Below, piece after piece: positions 12,641 to 26,174 of a stretch of DNA of 64,000 nt (its first letter is position 1; every line of letters begins with the position of its first letter). Source of the DNA: the human T2T-CHM13v2.0 reference genome, Homo sapiens; the NCBI RefSeq assembly GCF_009914755.1, contig NC_060935.1. The stretch is one strand, 5' to 3'. Under the pieces are notes generated by a model. The model made no database searches, was not told the origin of the DNA, and worked only from the letters and a program-made list of their open reading frames with translations. Position numbers and translations under genes: made by a program.

Positions 12641-15127
12641 TACTTTCATACTTCATTTTCCAGCCTGAGAATGAGAATAAAATGCCTCGTGACTCTCCCA
12701 CCTTTCAGCCCATTTCACAGATGAGACTCAGGGAGATCGGATTTCACAGGAGTTGAACCCAGGCTTCTCTGAGTTGGGAGATACAGGGGGAGAATCCCCC
12801 CTGGGGCGGGGGTGGTGAGAATAAGGAGACAAACCAGGCTCACTGGAAGAGCCGTCTCCACCACCCCTCAACTCAGGCAGCTCTCCTCTCCCTACCAGCC
12901 CCCGCAGAGCTTACGCAAGACCTCTATTTGTTCAGCGAAATTTCTGGAGCCCCTACCCTGCACCAGCCCTGTCTTTGAGACACTAGGTCGCTATTCCTTC
13001 GTTGTGAGAGTCCAGCCCCACCGCTGCCCTCACCCAGCTGCCTCAGGAAGGAATAGAGAGAGAAAAGAGAAATGGGGAGAGAGAGAAAGGATGAGGGGCA
13101 GAGGCTGGGAACCAGGAAGTAGGAGGAGACAGGGGGCGGAGCGAAGTGAGCGACTGCAGGGAGAAAGGGGCGGGGGAGCAGAGGATGCTCATCTTCAGCT
13201 GTGAGTTTGGGGTCACCTGAGGTGAGCTCAGCCCTTTCTGCAGAGGCGCTGCCACCCAGAGCTGCTGTAAAGCCCTATACCCTCTCCTAGCCTAGCTCAT
13301 GGCCCCCTGCTGCCCCTCCAGCCTTGGCCCCAGACCCCTGCCTCAGATTGGTGACCCAGACCCTAGCCTTGCAGGGCACATTCTGTTCTGGTTCTCAGTC
13401 AGCTCAAAACCAGCCTCAGCCCACTTCCTCCACTCTGGGCCCTGTGCTGGCTGCAGCCAAGATCATCACTTCCTGACTCCATGCCTATGACTGGCTGGCC
13501 TTGGGCCCACCAAGGAGATGAGACTTCTGGGAGATACGCCTTCCCCAGCATCTGCCCTGATGGCCAAGGGGCTTCCTGCCTGGGAGCTCAGCCATCCTTC
13601 TTCTCACCTTAGCCTCAGCTGTCTCCCCACCCCATTCACACCAGTGGCTGCTGGACCTCCATTGCCCAGGTCCAGATCCAGAACAAAGTGTGGAGCACGG
13701 TAGAGTGGTCACGGGATTCTGAAGCCAAGATCACAACCTATCTCCCATTTCAGAGATGGAGAGGCTGAGGCTTGGGCATCTGGAAGGACCTGTCTCAATG
13801 GCTAGTCATAGCTGGCACTGTGCCAGTCACGTTACAGCCCTCATCACATGTCATGGCCCAGCGGCAACTTGAGAGGGGTGTGTCTCCCCTCCAGTTCACC
13901 GTTGAGGGAGCTCACAGGCAACTAGATTCAAGTAGAGGATGCACCACCAAAACCTGAATCCATCTGACTCCAGAGCCCACGGTCTGTACCCCTCCACATA
14001 AGAGGGAAAGCTGTGACATATGGTATCTCAGAGGGCTTCCCAGCAGGGGCCTGGAGTGGAGAGACCGGGGCTCTAGTATTGGCGTTGCCAGGGGCCTGCC
14101 CTGTGGCCTTGGGCAGGCCCTTCCCTCTCCTTTGCCTCAGTTTGGCCACTTGGCTCCTCTGTGGCCGGGAGTGGGGAGATGGCAATGAATCAGGCCTGGT
14201 GCCCACCCTGGCAGTTCCTGCTTTTCACTATTTGGAGGTGACGAACCCAGGCTCCTCAGTCTAGGGCTCTATCCGTCATCAGCACAGGCAGAGGAGGGCA
14301 GACAGGTGGATAAGCTTCCCCGACCTCCCCAGACAGACAGCCAGGCCTACTGGGCCTCTGACATCAGCGGCAGCCACCGCTCCCCATCCCCCACCCCGGC
14401 CCACACCCTGCCACCCCCTGGCCACTCCAGCCTCTTCTGGGGCTGGCTGAATTTAGAGGCTGGCTTCTTTGTTCAGACAAGCAGGAAGGAGGAGGAAAGT
14501 TGTTCTCCAGACAGTAAAGCTTTTAGATAAACACCACACAGGAATTGGGTTCCTTCAGAGAAGAAACTAGATCCACTGGCTGACAGCGCCCCAGGGACAG
14601 GAGTGCAGCTTAGGTCTGGCCTGGGAAGCCCAGCACTGAAGGAGGCTTTCTTTATCCGGCTGTGCACCTGCTGCCAGCTCTGGCAAGCCTGTGGCTCAGG
14701 TGACTGAGCCCCGGTGCCAGACCGTGGCCCTGCCAGCTCCCAGGCTCCAGGATGGCCAGGCCCATCTCCTCACCCTCTCCTCCAGCACCTGCCTGTTTGC
14801 CTGCCTGCCTGCCTGTCAAGATCTGCCAGGAAGCTGAGAACTTCTGCTCACCTTGGGGTGACCCTTCCCTTCTAGAGGAGCCCAACCTCAACAATGTCAG
14901 AGGAGAGTTAACAACTTGTCAACAGGACAAACTCCTTCCATGCCCTCCTGGTCAGTAGATTCAGGAATTACTATAAGCCCATTTTACAGAGGGAGAAACT
15001 GAAACCCAGAAAGGCCATTGGCCTGTCCAGAGCGAGTCAGCAGAGACAGAGCTAAGACCCCTCCCCCAGCCCCTCAGGCTTGCTGGGGCTCACTGGGTCC
15101 CTCTGACCCTGTTCCAGGGTGGCTCAC

Positions 15128-15244
15128 CGGTGTGGTATCATCATGGGAGCGCTGGTAGCGCTTCCAACGGCAGCCGTAGATGCCCGTGAGGCAGGAGAGG
15201 CACAGCTGTGGCTCGTAGTACTGCAGGGGCTGGTGTCTCACCAT
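15128..15244 (-). CDS. GDPD5: GDPD5 first coding segment (exon 3; aa 1-39, cytoplasmic N-terminus)
   Basis: ATG at 15244-15242 in strong Kozak context (ACGAGTATGG). 117 nt = MVRHQPLQYYEPQLCLSCLTGIYGCRWKRYQRSHDDTTP, followed by donor GTGAGC at 15127-15122. Recognised as the GDE2 N-terminus. Confidence 0.97.
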
Positions 15245-15304
15245 ACTCGTGCCCACGGCCCTGGCGCCTGGCCCTCAGGCGCCCATGGAGGCCCCCAGCT
15301 TGTC
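15245..15304 (-). other. GDPD5: GDPD5 exon 3, 5' UTR portion (60 nt)
   Basis: Acceptor tgcttcctcctgCAG at 15307-15305 after a pyrimidine tract. It is the nearest good 3' splice site upstream of the ATG. Confidence 0.9.
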
Positions 15305-15379
15305 CTGCAGGAGGAAGCACAGGGCAGTGAGGCAGGGGAAGGGTGAGGAGTCAGGCACCACACAGCAAGTCATTGTAGC

Positions 15380-16220
<841 letters not shown>

Positions 16221-17592
16221 TAGAAGAAATTATCATATAAGCTGAGATGTGTTGAGCACTTAAAATACACCAGGCACCGTGTAAATACTTTACATTCATT
16301 GTTCCATCTCATCAGCACAACCATCTGAAGTGGCAGGTTCTGTGTCCTAAACCCATTTGACAGTTCAACAAACTGAGGCTCAGAGAACAAGGAGCAATGC
16401 CTGGCTGCTGTCCCATAACTGGACTGTAGTCAATCTAGGAACTGCTCTAGTGCCCCAAAGTATTCATTCTCCAGACACAGGGAGCTCCCTCACCGGGTGG
16501 GGCCTGTGGGAGGATGGTATAGCAGCAAGAGGTGTCTTGAGGGTTGAAGTGTGGCTGCCAGAAGCTACTGCCCCAGCCCTGCTTGGCACCCTGGAGATAT
16601 CTGTGGGAGCCTCGGCCTCTGGGGGCCAGTGTTGGTAAAGTGTGACCAGGTGGCAATGGGCTTGGGGCACCTCACACACCCTGAGTATCAGGTGTCATCC
16701 AGTCCTCCACACCACTGTGAGTTATTCTTATTCCATTTTGCCGATGACAAACCTGGGGCTCAGAGCAGAGAAACTATTTGCCCAGAGGTGCACAGCTATA
16801 CTGAGGTGTCAGGACTCCAACGCTGGCCTGTGGGACTCCAGAAACTCAGTCATATGTTCTGTACCAGGCCCTGTCCGAGGCCCTGGAGACAATGTGAGCA
16901 GGACACACAAAGGCTCCTAGGGCCCTGAGAGGGCCAAAGAGGGGAACAACCAGGCATTGTTCCAAGTGCTTTCCATGCAGAAACTATAACAGCAGCCCTA
17001 GGAAGGAAGGAAGGATTTGCATTTAAAAAATGGAGATATAATTCACATGCCATAAAATTTACCCTTTTAAAGTATACAATTCAGTATTTAATATACAGTA
17101 TTCAATTTTTGGTATATTCACAAGTTGTACAACCATCACCACTATCTAATCCCAAAACAGTTTCACCATCCCAACAACCCCCCACCCCCTTCTCATGCAC
17201 TGTAACTCCCTATTTACCCTGGCTTCACTCCTCTGGCCCTGGCAACTGCTCATCCACTTTCTGTCTCTATGGACTTGCCTATTCTAGAGACCTCGTATAA
17301 ATGGAATCATACAATATGTGACCTTTTGTGTCTTGCTTCTTTCACGTGGCATAATGTTCTCAAGGCTCATCCATGTTGTAGCATGGATCAGCATTTCATT
17401 CCTTTTTATGTCTAACATTCTGTTGTATGGATCTACCACATTTTGTTTATCCATTGATCAGCTGATGGACATATGGGTTGTTATCACTTTTGGGTTGTTA
17501 TACATAATGCTTCTGTGAATGAGTTTTTTGTGTGAACGTGTGTTTTCATTTCTTTTGGGTACACATTTCTTTTGGGATAGAATTGCTGGTCA

Positions 17593-17851
17593 CAGCACTT
17601 TGGGAAGCCAAGGCAGGTGGATCACTTGAGGTCAGGAGTTCGAGACCAGCCTGACTAACATGGTGAAACCCCATCTCTACTAAAAATACAAAAATTAGCT
17701 GGGCATGGTGGTGGGCACCTGTAATCCCAGCTACTCGGGAGGCTGAGGCAAGAAAATCGCTTAAACCTGGGAGGCAGAGGTTGTCAAGATCGCACCACTG
17801 CACTCCAGCCAGGGTGACAGGGCAAATCTCCATCTCAAAAAAAAAAAAAAA
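17593..17851 (+). mobile_element. AluS, 5'-truncated
   Basis: Begins at 'cagcactttggg' with an A15 tail. TSD agaattgctg at 17579-17588 and 17851-17860. Confidence 0.95.
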
Positions 17852-17875
17852 GAATTGCTGTGTCATATGGTAACT

Positions 17876-18016
17876 TTTGTTTTTGAGATAAGGTCTTGCT
17901 CTGTTGCCCAAGCTGGTGTGCAGTAGTGCAATCATCGCTCATGGCCACCTCAGACTCCAGGGCTCAAGTGATCCTCCTGCGTTGCTGGGACTACGGGTAT
18001 GTGCTGCCACACCTGG
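17876..18016 (-). mobile_element. FRAM-like free right Alu monomer
   Basis: Single right-arm-type monomer flanked by a 16-bp TSD tcatatggtaactttt (17863-17878, 18018-18033). Confidence 0.85.
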
Positions 18017-18230
18017 ATCATATGGTAACTTTTATGTTTAACCTTTTGAGGAACTGCCAAACTTTTCCAATGTGACTGCACCATGTTACATCCCCAAAGT
18101 ATCATCATCATCATCCCCATTTTATAGATGAGAACTCTGAAGCACAGAGAGGTTGACCCACTTACCAAAGGACACCCAGCAGAGCCAGGATTCATACCCA
18201 CGCAGGTTGGCTCCAGGGACCTTGCTCTAA

Positions 18231-18546
18231 CCCATGGGCCTGCCAAATCTGATCTGCCACCTATTTTTGTACAGCCCAAAAGCTAAGAATAGTCTTTATG
18301 TTTTTAAATGGTTGTGAAGAGTCAAAACAAAAATATCTTGTGACATATGAAAATTATATGAAAGTCAAATTTCAGTGTCCATAAATAACATTTCATTGGA
18401 CGCAGCCATGCTCATTCATTTATGTATTGTCTACGGCTGTTTTAACTGTAACTGCAGTGTTGAGTAGTTGCCACAGAGACCATATGGCTTGCAAAGCCTA
18501 AAATACTGACTGTCTGGCCCTTTAGAGGGAAAGTTTGCAGACTCCT
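18231..18546 (-). mobile_element. MER58B hAT-Charlie DNA transposon
   Basis: 'aaaattatatgaaagtcaaatttcagtgtccataaataa...cagccatgctcattcatttatgtattgtcta...aaagcctaaaata...tctggccctttagagggaaagtttgc' includes the MER58B-specific internal segment. Confidence 0.85.
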
Positions 18547-21212
18547 ACAGTGACTGGGCTCTAATGGCCCACGAGCCTTATGGTAAGTGCAGTGTATGAT
18601 GGAGGGAGGAAAGGGAGCCTGTGGGCACTGACCAAAGTGCAGGGAGGGTCAGAGTATGCTCCCTGGAGTCAGCACTGAGCCAAGGCTTGGTAGATGAGCT
18701 CCTAAGATGCCACTCTCCAAGGCCCCAGGGGCTGCACCGTAGGAGCACGCTGGGCTTCAGGCCCACTCACTACTTCTACCACCAGGCCTCACTCAGGGCC
18801 TCTGCCTATCCCTCCAACACCACCACCCAATGCTGACTTCACCTCAGTGCGGAGATTACAGCCTGCAGTCTGAGGGGGAAGATGCATTAGGGGCTTGCTG
18901 GGAATACTGAATGACCCAGAGTCTCCTGAGTGCTGGGAATTGACTGCTGCAGCCTCTGTTCCGGGGAGCCCTGGGGAGGCCTGTGGACTATGGTGCAGCT
19001 GCTGGGGCTTCCCTGAGCCAGGGCCTGGGGGACAGGCTGGGGTGGGGACACAGCTTGGCTCCCATGGGGCTAGAGAGACCATGGGTGGGGGTTGGTGTAG
19101 GGTGCTCTCAGCTTTACTATACTCCAGATTTGGGGAGTGCTGCGTGCCCACATAGGCACCCCCACATTCCCAGCCTTCCCGCAGGGGTGGGAGGCCAGGG
19201 TCCACAGCCAGGGGAGCCAGATCTCACCCTGTGCACTCCCTAGACAGGGTTCTCTACTGTCATGTCAGCCACTACATCTGCCCCCGCCTCCCCAGGAAGG
19301 GAGGAGGCGGGTGCAATGTGGAAAGAAGCCTAGCTTCATGCTGCCTCGCATTGACTTGCTCTGTGGCTGGGGCCACTCAGGCTCTTCCCTGAGCCTTGGT
19401 TTCTGAATCTGTAAAAGCAGGTAACAGCTGCTGCCTTGACTTCTATAGGACACACAATTGGGGGCAGGGAGGGGGAAAAGTGCCAGGAGGTACTGCAATG
19501 CTGAGGTACAACAGGTGGACATCCTGCAATGCACGTGGGAGCCCGCCCCAGGTTCCCCTGCCTTCACACTTCTTTCCCGGGACCCCCCTGCCCCTGGGAC
19601 TAATTCCCACATGTCCTCTGCCGCCCCTCCCCTGTCCCCACGACTGCACATTACAACCCACCCAGGAATGGAAATTCCACTTCAAACCTGGAAAAGAGGG
19701 AAGTAGAAGTGCATGCGTCATGCCTCGGCCCAGAACTTCGCTGATACTGGCTCTCAGAGTCTCCTCTCCCCCTGGTGCATTTTTGTCCTGTTCATAAGTG
19801 TAGGGGATTCTCTGGGAGGCAAACCTCTTCTTTCTCTTCTGTATGCTCTCCTGGCTGCAGCCATCTTGTCCACTCTCACGGCTTTAGTTACCAGGTGCTG
19901 CCAAGGCCACCCAGGCTCTGCCTCTGATCGAGATAGCCAGCAGCTCCTGGATGTCTCCAGCGGTGTCACCCAGGCCTTGCAGACCCAGTTCAGCCACACT
20001 GCCCTCTACCACCCTTTTCTCAAGGCCCTTTTCTCGCCATCCCCACAGCCACTCCCCTGTTCAAGGCCTCATCTCCCCTGGCTGGGGACTCCTCCAGATT
20101 CCTTGCTTTCAGCCCCATCCCTCCAATCCAAACTCTTACCTGCAGCTGGACTGAACTTCCTAACAGGCAGTGACCGGGATCTGACCACTACTGCTTTTCC
20201 AGCCTTGCTTCCCTTCACCTGGTGAACACCTCCTGATCCTTCAAGTGTCAGATGTTCCCTCCTCCATGGAGGCCCGGTTTGGTTAGAGGTCTCCCCAGCC
20301 TCCCATATCCCTGGCATGTCCCTCCCTCTTACCTGGGCACACTGTGAGAGCACCGTGGACATGCCTGCCTCCCCCATGGGATGGTCTGCATTAACCCCAT
20401 GTCCCCAGGGAGCAACACAGGGCAGCAAGAGCAGGAGGCACTAGGGACTTCTTGGACCATACTTCAGAGAAGTGCCCAGAAGTTCTGCTAACAGAGGCAT
20501 GCTACTTACACCACACTCGGCCGCCGGGACGATCTCTGAGACGGGACTCTCTCCACCATCCCTCACCAGCCCATCCCCTCCCCTCCCCTTCCTGCCAGGG
20601 ATAATGGCATTACTTAGGTCCAATCGATTTCTCCAAGCTACGTCCCAGGGCTGCTGATACCAGCCAAGTTCCCAAGAAATCCCCTGCCAAGAGCTACTGC
20701 TGGCTCTGGGACAAGAGAACGCTCTCACCTCTGAGCCTGATGTCCAAGGCCCCTCCCCAGCCCAAAGTCCTATTTTCTGTCAGAATTCCTGGCCCCTACC
20801 CTGTACTTGCACAGCCTCCTGCTTGCACAGGGAAAAGCAAGAGTCCATGACTGAGATGGAATAAACACGCACTATGGAGCAGAGGCAGGATGCTGGGATG
20901 GGCGTGCACCTCCGGCGTCCTGTCTCATCCTCACATCCCGGGACGCACTGGCCTGCTCCCCTACCCTTTCTCCCTCCCATAACTGCCAGGCCCACGCTGT
21001 GCCCCCCAGACTGCACTGCACTGCTCTCAGCTCCTTTTCTGATCATGAAGTGCCTGGATTCTAGCCTGGTCACCCTCAACTGAATTGCTATGTGACCTTG
21101 GACAGGTCACTACCTCTTCCCTGAGCCTTACTTTACCCATCAGGGAATGAGGACTAAATGAGGTAATACATGGAAGTGCTCAGGTCTGTAATAAAAAGGA
21201 ATTGAGGCAACA

Positions 21213-21989
<777 letters not shown>

Positions 21990-22110
21990 TTAACCTGAAT
22001 TGTTTCTGTTGTTTGCAATCCCAAACCTTGATTGGTATGAGGATATTCACTGTGTTGCCAGCTTTTAACAGGTTTTAAGCCCTTAATAAATGTGTTCCAG
22101 AACTGATTGA

Positions 22111-22255
22111 GGTCAAGTGCCATGGCTCATGCCTGTAATCCTAGCACTTTGAGGAAGCCGAGGCAGGAGGATCACTTGAGGCCAGGAGTTCAAGACCAGC
22201 CTGGGCAACATGGTGAGACCTCCATCTCTAAAAAAATAAATAATAATAATAAAAA
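22111..22255 (+). mobile_element. FLAM_C free left Alu monomer
   Basis: Left-arm monomer ending 'gcctgggcaacatggtgagacctccatctct' plus an A/(TAA) tail, with imperfect TSD agaactg..tgag. Confidence 0.85.
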
Positions 22256-22454
22256 GAACTGGCTGAGCTAACATATGTACGGTGTGAGTACTACCAGCCA
22301 CAATAGTTACTGTTTGTTGTGCTAGCACTTGCTGCTGGGTGGTGTGGGCACTCCAGGTCATTGCTGGGTACTGTGCTGAGCATTGCATAGGCGTCCCCTC
22401 CCCTTGACAACCTTCCTGAGCAAAGGCCAATGGTCTTAACAGATTGCAAACATG

Positions 22455-23017
22455 GGCCTGAACGAATGGGCAAACCAACCACAGTGCATCCCACACAATG
22501 AGGAATATTATTTGGCAATAAAAAGGAGTCAGCTACCCAGCCACAAAAAGCAATGGAGAGACCTTGAAAACATATTGCTAAGTGACAGAAGCCAATCTGG
22601 AAAGCTATATACTGTATAATTCCAACTAAGTGACGTTCTAGAAAAGGCAAAACTATGGAGGTAGTAAAGAGATCAGTGGCTGTCAAGGACTCAGGGGGAA
22701 GGGAAAAATAAGTGGTGCTCAAGGAATTTTGAGGGCAGTGAAGCTCTTCTGTATGACACAGTAATGATGGACATGTGTCAAACCCCATAGAGTGTGCAAC
22801 ACAAGGAGGGAACTATAGCGCAAACATGGACTTTAGTCAATCATAATTAACCAATATTAGTTCATCAGTTGTAATAAATGTACCATATTAATATAAGATG
22901 TAAAGAATAAGCCAGACTATGGGGAGGAGAAAGGCAGAGGAGGGTATATGGAAACTCTCCGTACTTTCCAATCAATTTTACTGTAAACCTAAAACTGCTT
23001 TTGAAAAAGTGTATTAA

Positions 23018-23020
<3 letters not shown>
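22455..23020 (+). mobile_element. L1MC 3' end
   Basis: 'tatatactgtataattccaact...gaaaaggcaaaactatggag...gggtatatggaaactctccgtactttcc...ctgtaaacctaaaactgct'. Confidence 0.9.

Positions 23021-23059
<39 letters not shown>
23021..23059. repeat. (CA)19 microsatellite
   Basis: Perfect CA run at the L1MC tail. Confidence 0.99.
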
Positions 23060-23062
<3 letters not shown>

Positions 23063-26000
23063 TGCACCCGCACCCAAGAGGTTAGGTAATTCACCCAAGG
23101 CCAAACAGCTAATCATGGAGGAGGGAGGATTTGAACCCGGGGCTGTTGACTCTAAAGTCCAGACTCTCCATGGTTGCAGCCCCACAGGGCGGGCCTGTTC
23201 ACGTTTCTATCACCTTCCACGTCAATGCCAGCTGCAGCATCTGTATAACTGCAAATTGTACCTCAAAGGGCCAAGCTCAACATTTTGGTTGGTATCAGGA
23301 AAGCATAGGCAGAATGAGTCTAGGAACATTGGGGAGGAAAGGAAAAACCCCCAACAGTGCCAGGGCTGGTGGGGATGGGAGGCCGACCTTTGGCATTGTG
23401 CTAGGGCCCTGGGGAAGGGGGGCAAGCATGCAGATGGAGAGACACCCCCCTTCTCCTTGGCCGTGGCTGCCCTCGCGGGGCCTCAACCCCAGCCCAGCCC
23501 TGGGATGATGGTCTGAGGCTGAACTGGAACACCAGTAGGCTGAGTGACTGCCCCAAGCCTCTGGCCTCAGTTTTCCCATCTGTATCATGGGAGGGTTTGA
23601 GCACCCTTGGCTGATCTCCAAGGGCCTTTCCAGCACTCAACTTCTAAAACCCTTTAGCTACCCGCTCTCTCCTCACCCCCAGTAGCAAAGCAGAGAGGGG
23701 GCTGCTCGAGGAAAAGGGAAGGCCAATCCCTGATCCCTCCCTGTTCTGACTGGGGAAGAGCCCCCTCTGCTCCCACGACTAATCACTGGGCATCCTGACA
23801 GTCACCCTCCTGGGACGCAGTTCAAAACTTGGATGAAAGTGGCAGGAAGGCCCATACCAAGGTTAGGCACCTGGTCGTCCTGAGCACCAGGGCAGAGCTC
23901 TGGCCCTGCCCAAGGGCCTCCACCATCTTTGATAGGGATTAAGGTGTAGGTACATTGTGGCCTAGATGACTCACAAATAGTGGTGACCCCAAACTTCCCT
24001 TACAGTAAAATGCCAGGCATGAAAGGTGCAGGGCCATGGTTTCCATAGGGCTCCGGGATCATGGCCTTGGAGCAGGACCAGGGCCTTTCTGTGGTCCTTC
24101 CTCACCACTTCATCCATCCCTGCTCCCAACCCAGCTGTGCCTATGAAACCACCTTAGCCCTGCAGCCCCTCCACCTATCCTCAATGCCTGGCAAACTCCT
24201 GCTCATCTCAGCTCAGGTAGCCCCTCCTCCAGGAAGCCCTTCCTGACTGGGTCACTATCTCTTCTGGATCCCACAAATCTGTGTTTCCTGACCACTGTGT
24301 AGGGGCTTCCAGGAGATGGTGAGATCTATGCAGAATTCAGAAATGAGAAAAGATTTGCAGCACAAAGGGGAGAAGGAAGGGCATTTTAGGTAAGGAGACA
24401 GCACAGCGGAAGCCTAGGTGGCAGGGAGGGCAGTGATTGGGGCTTCTCCCAGGGCAGAGGGCATCCCAAACAGCTCACCAAGTGGACCGTTTCCCAAAAC
24501 AAAACAACTAAACCCAAACCCACAAAACAAATCTCTGGCCCCAGGGTGAGGGCTGCAGGTGGGGGAGACAGGAAAGATTCTGGAAAAAGCCCAGCCAGTG
24601 AAATGTGGAACCCACCTATCCCCGGCCCTGCCCTGTGCTCTCCGGCCCCAGCCTCCTGCAGGTAGCTTTTCCGGGGTGCTCAAGACTCAGTCTATTTTCC
24701 ATTGCATAGCCTCATTTGATGGCTTGAATGGAGAGATCCCCGGCTGCCACCAACTCACTGTACAGCCTTGGGGAAGTCGTTCCACCTCTCTGGGCCTCAG
24801 AGAAAGCCCTAGATTCTAATGGAATCTGCAGAGAAGGTAACCAGACCTAGGGGCAGGAAGGAATTCTAAGTCACAGGGGCAGCTGCCAGTGGGGAGAGGC
24901 TCGGGGAGGAGGTGCCTGGAAGGAGGCAGGGAGAGAGGCTTTGAGGTGAAGAGGCAGGTGGGGCCTGTGCCACCCAGGCCCTGCAAGCCTCCTCATTCTC
25001 TGGGGAAATGTTACTCAGTGGCTGAGGCTGGGGCTCAGCCAGAGCCTCCAAGAATCAATCATGCCATAATTAAGGTCACTATTAATCTCTTTCCACGGTG
25101 ATGCCAGGGCCTCCTGTTTACCCAACACTTCTGTCCCAAGAGACCTCTGATTGCCATTCCTCTCGGGAGGAGGCTGGCAGGGCCCAGAGGCGAAGGTAGA
25201 CTAGCTCTTCCCCAAATCAGGAGCCTGCCCAGGGGCCTTGGGTTCTCTTGGTACAGAAAGGACTTCTCTTTCCCAGGTCAGGGCTATGAGCTTGGGCTGA
25301 GTAGTCACCAAAAGTGACCTGGCCTTGCCCAGAGGGCACAGCTTAGCATCTCAGAACTCAAAATCTCAGGCTCCAAATGCCCCAAATTGGACCTCTAGAA
25401 TCACTTCACCCAAGACTCACAGTGTCATGGAATCCTCATTGAATAATTCAACTGGTATCTTCAAATTATCCCTGGATTTCAGACTGCTAAGTCACAAAAC
25501 ATCAGCACCAAAGTCCTGGAGGCACTCCATCCAGCCTCCCCTTCCATTCAGAAATCCCCTGTGCTGCTCTTACTGGTGGTTCTCCAGCCTCTCCAGACCG
25601 GTCAGTGGCTTCCCTAGACTCACATACTCCTAGTGACAGGCCTCTCCCCTCCCTGGAGGGCTGAGTAGTTTTCTCCAAGCCACCAGGACTGTATTAAGGC
25701 CATCCTAAGAAGAGATCCTGCCCCCACCCCCTTCTCCCCCAGTGACACTGACAGGTTCTCTGGGGAGCAGGCAGAGCCAGTGAAGGCCCCGGGACTACTA
25801 TTTGGGGGTAGTAGAGACTTTCAGCATCCCCCACCCTCAGTTTGACTTGTGCAAGCCCCTTCCAGGAGCCCAGTGGTTCAGCTGCAGGGGCCAGCCTGGC
25901 TTTTTCTGATGGCTCTTCCTAAGTCCCAGGGAGAGGGGAGTGGGAAAGTGGGGCACACCAAGTAAATGAAAGGGGGAGGAGGAGGAGGAACGTGAGTACA

Positions 26001-26140
26001 GTGGAGACTTGTACAGAGCAATCTTGTCTCTGTCCTCTCCTACCCCTCCTTGTACCACTGTGCTCCAAAGACACCACCTACCCAGCTTTCCCACCTCCAT
26101 GCCTTCACTCAGGTTGGGCCCTCTGCCAGGAAAGCCCTCC

Positions 26141-26174
26141 CCAAATCCCAATCCAAATCCCAATCCAAATCCCA
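26141..26174. repeat. Short tandem repeat (CCAAATCCCAAT) x ~2.8
   Basis: ccaaatcccaatccaaatcccaatccaaatccca, within an L2 remnant. Confidence 0.9.

Larger units (their letters stand above)
17020..18100 (-). mobile_element. L1MB 3' end, interrupted by an Alu and a FRAM
   Basis: 'gagatataattcacatgccataaaatttacccttttaaagtatacaattcag...aatggaatcatacaatatgtgaccttttgtgtc...ttttgaggaactgccaaacttttccaa'. Confidence 0.9.

Noticed and set aside
15245-15256. ORF-track start 'MGTS' upstream of MVRH
   Set aside because: It is a GTG picked by the ORF caller. The ATG at 15244 has strong Kozak context and matches the known N-terminus.
19265-19651. 128-aa minus-strand ORF in intron 2
   Set aside because: No splice context linking it to GDPD5, no recognisable family, and a length attainable by chance at this GC content.
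23001-23516. ORFs with THTHTH / CVCVCV runs (also 30640, 49751-50126)
   Set aside because: Translations of (CA)n microsatellites.
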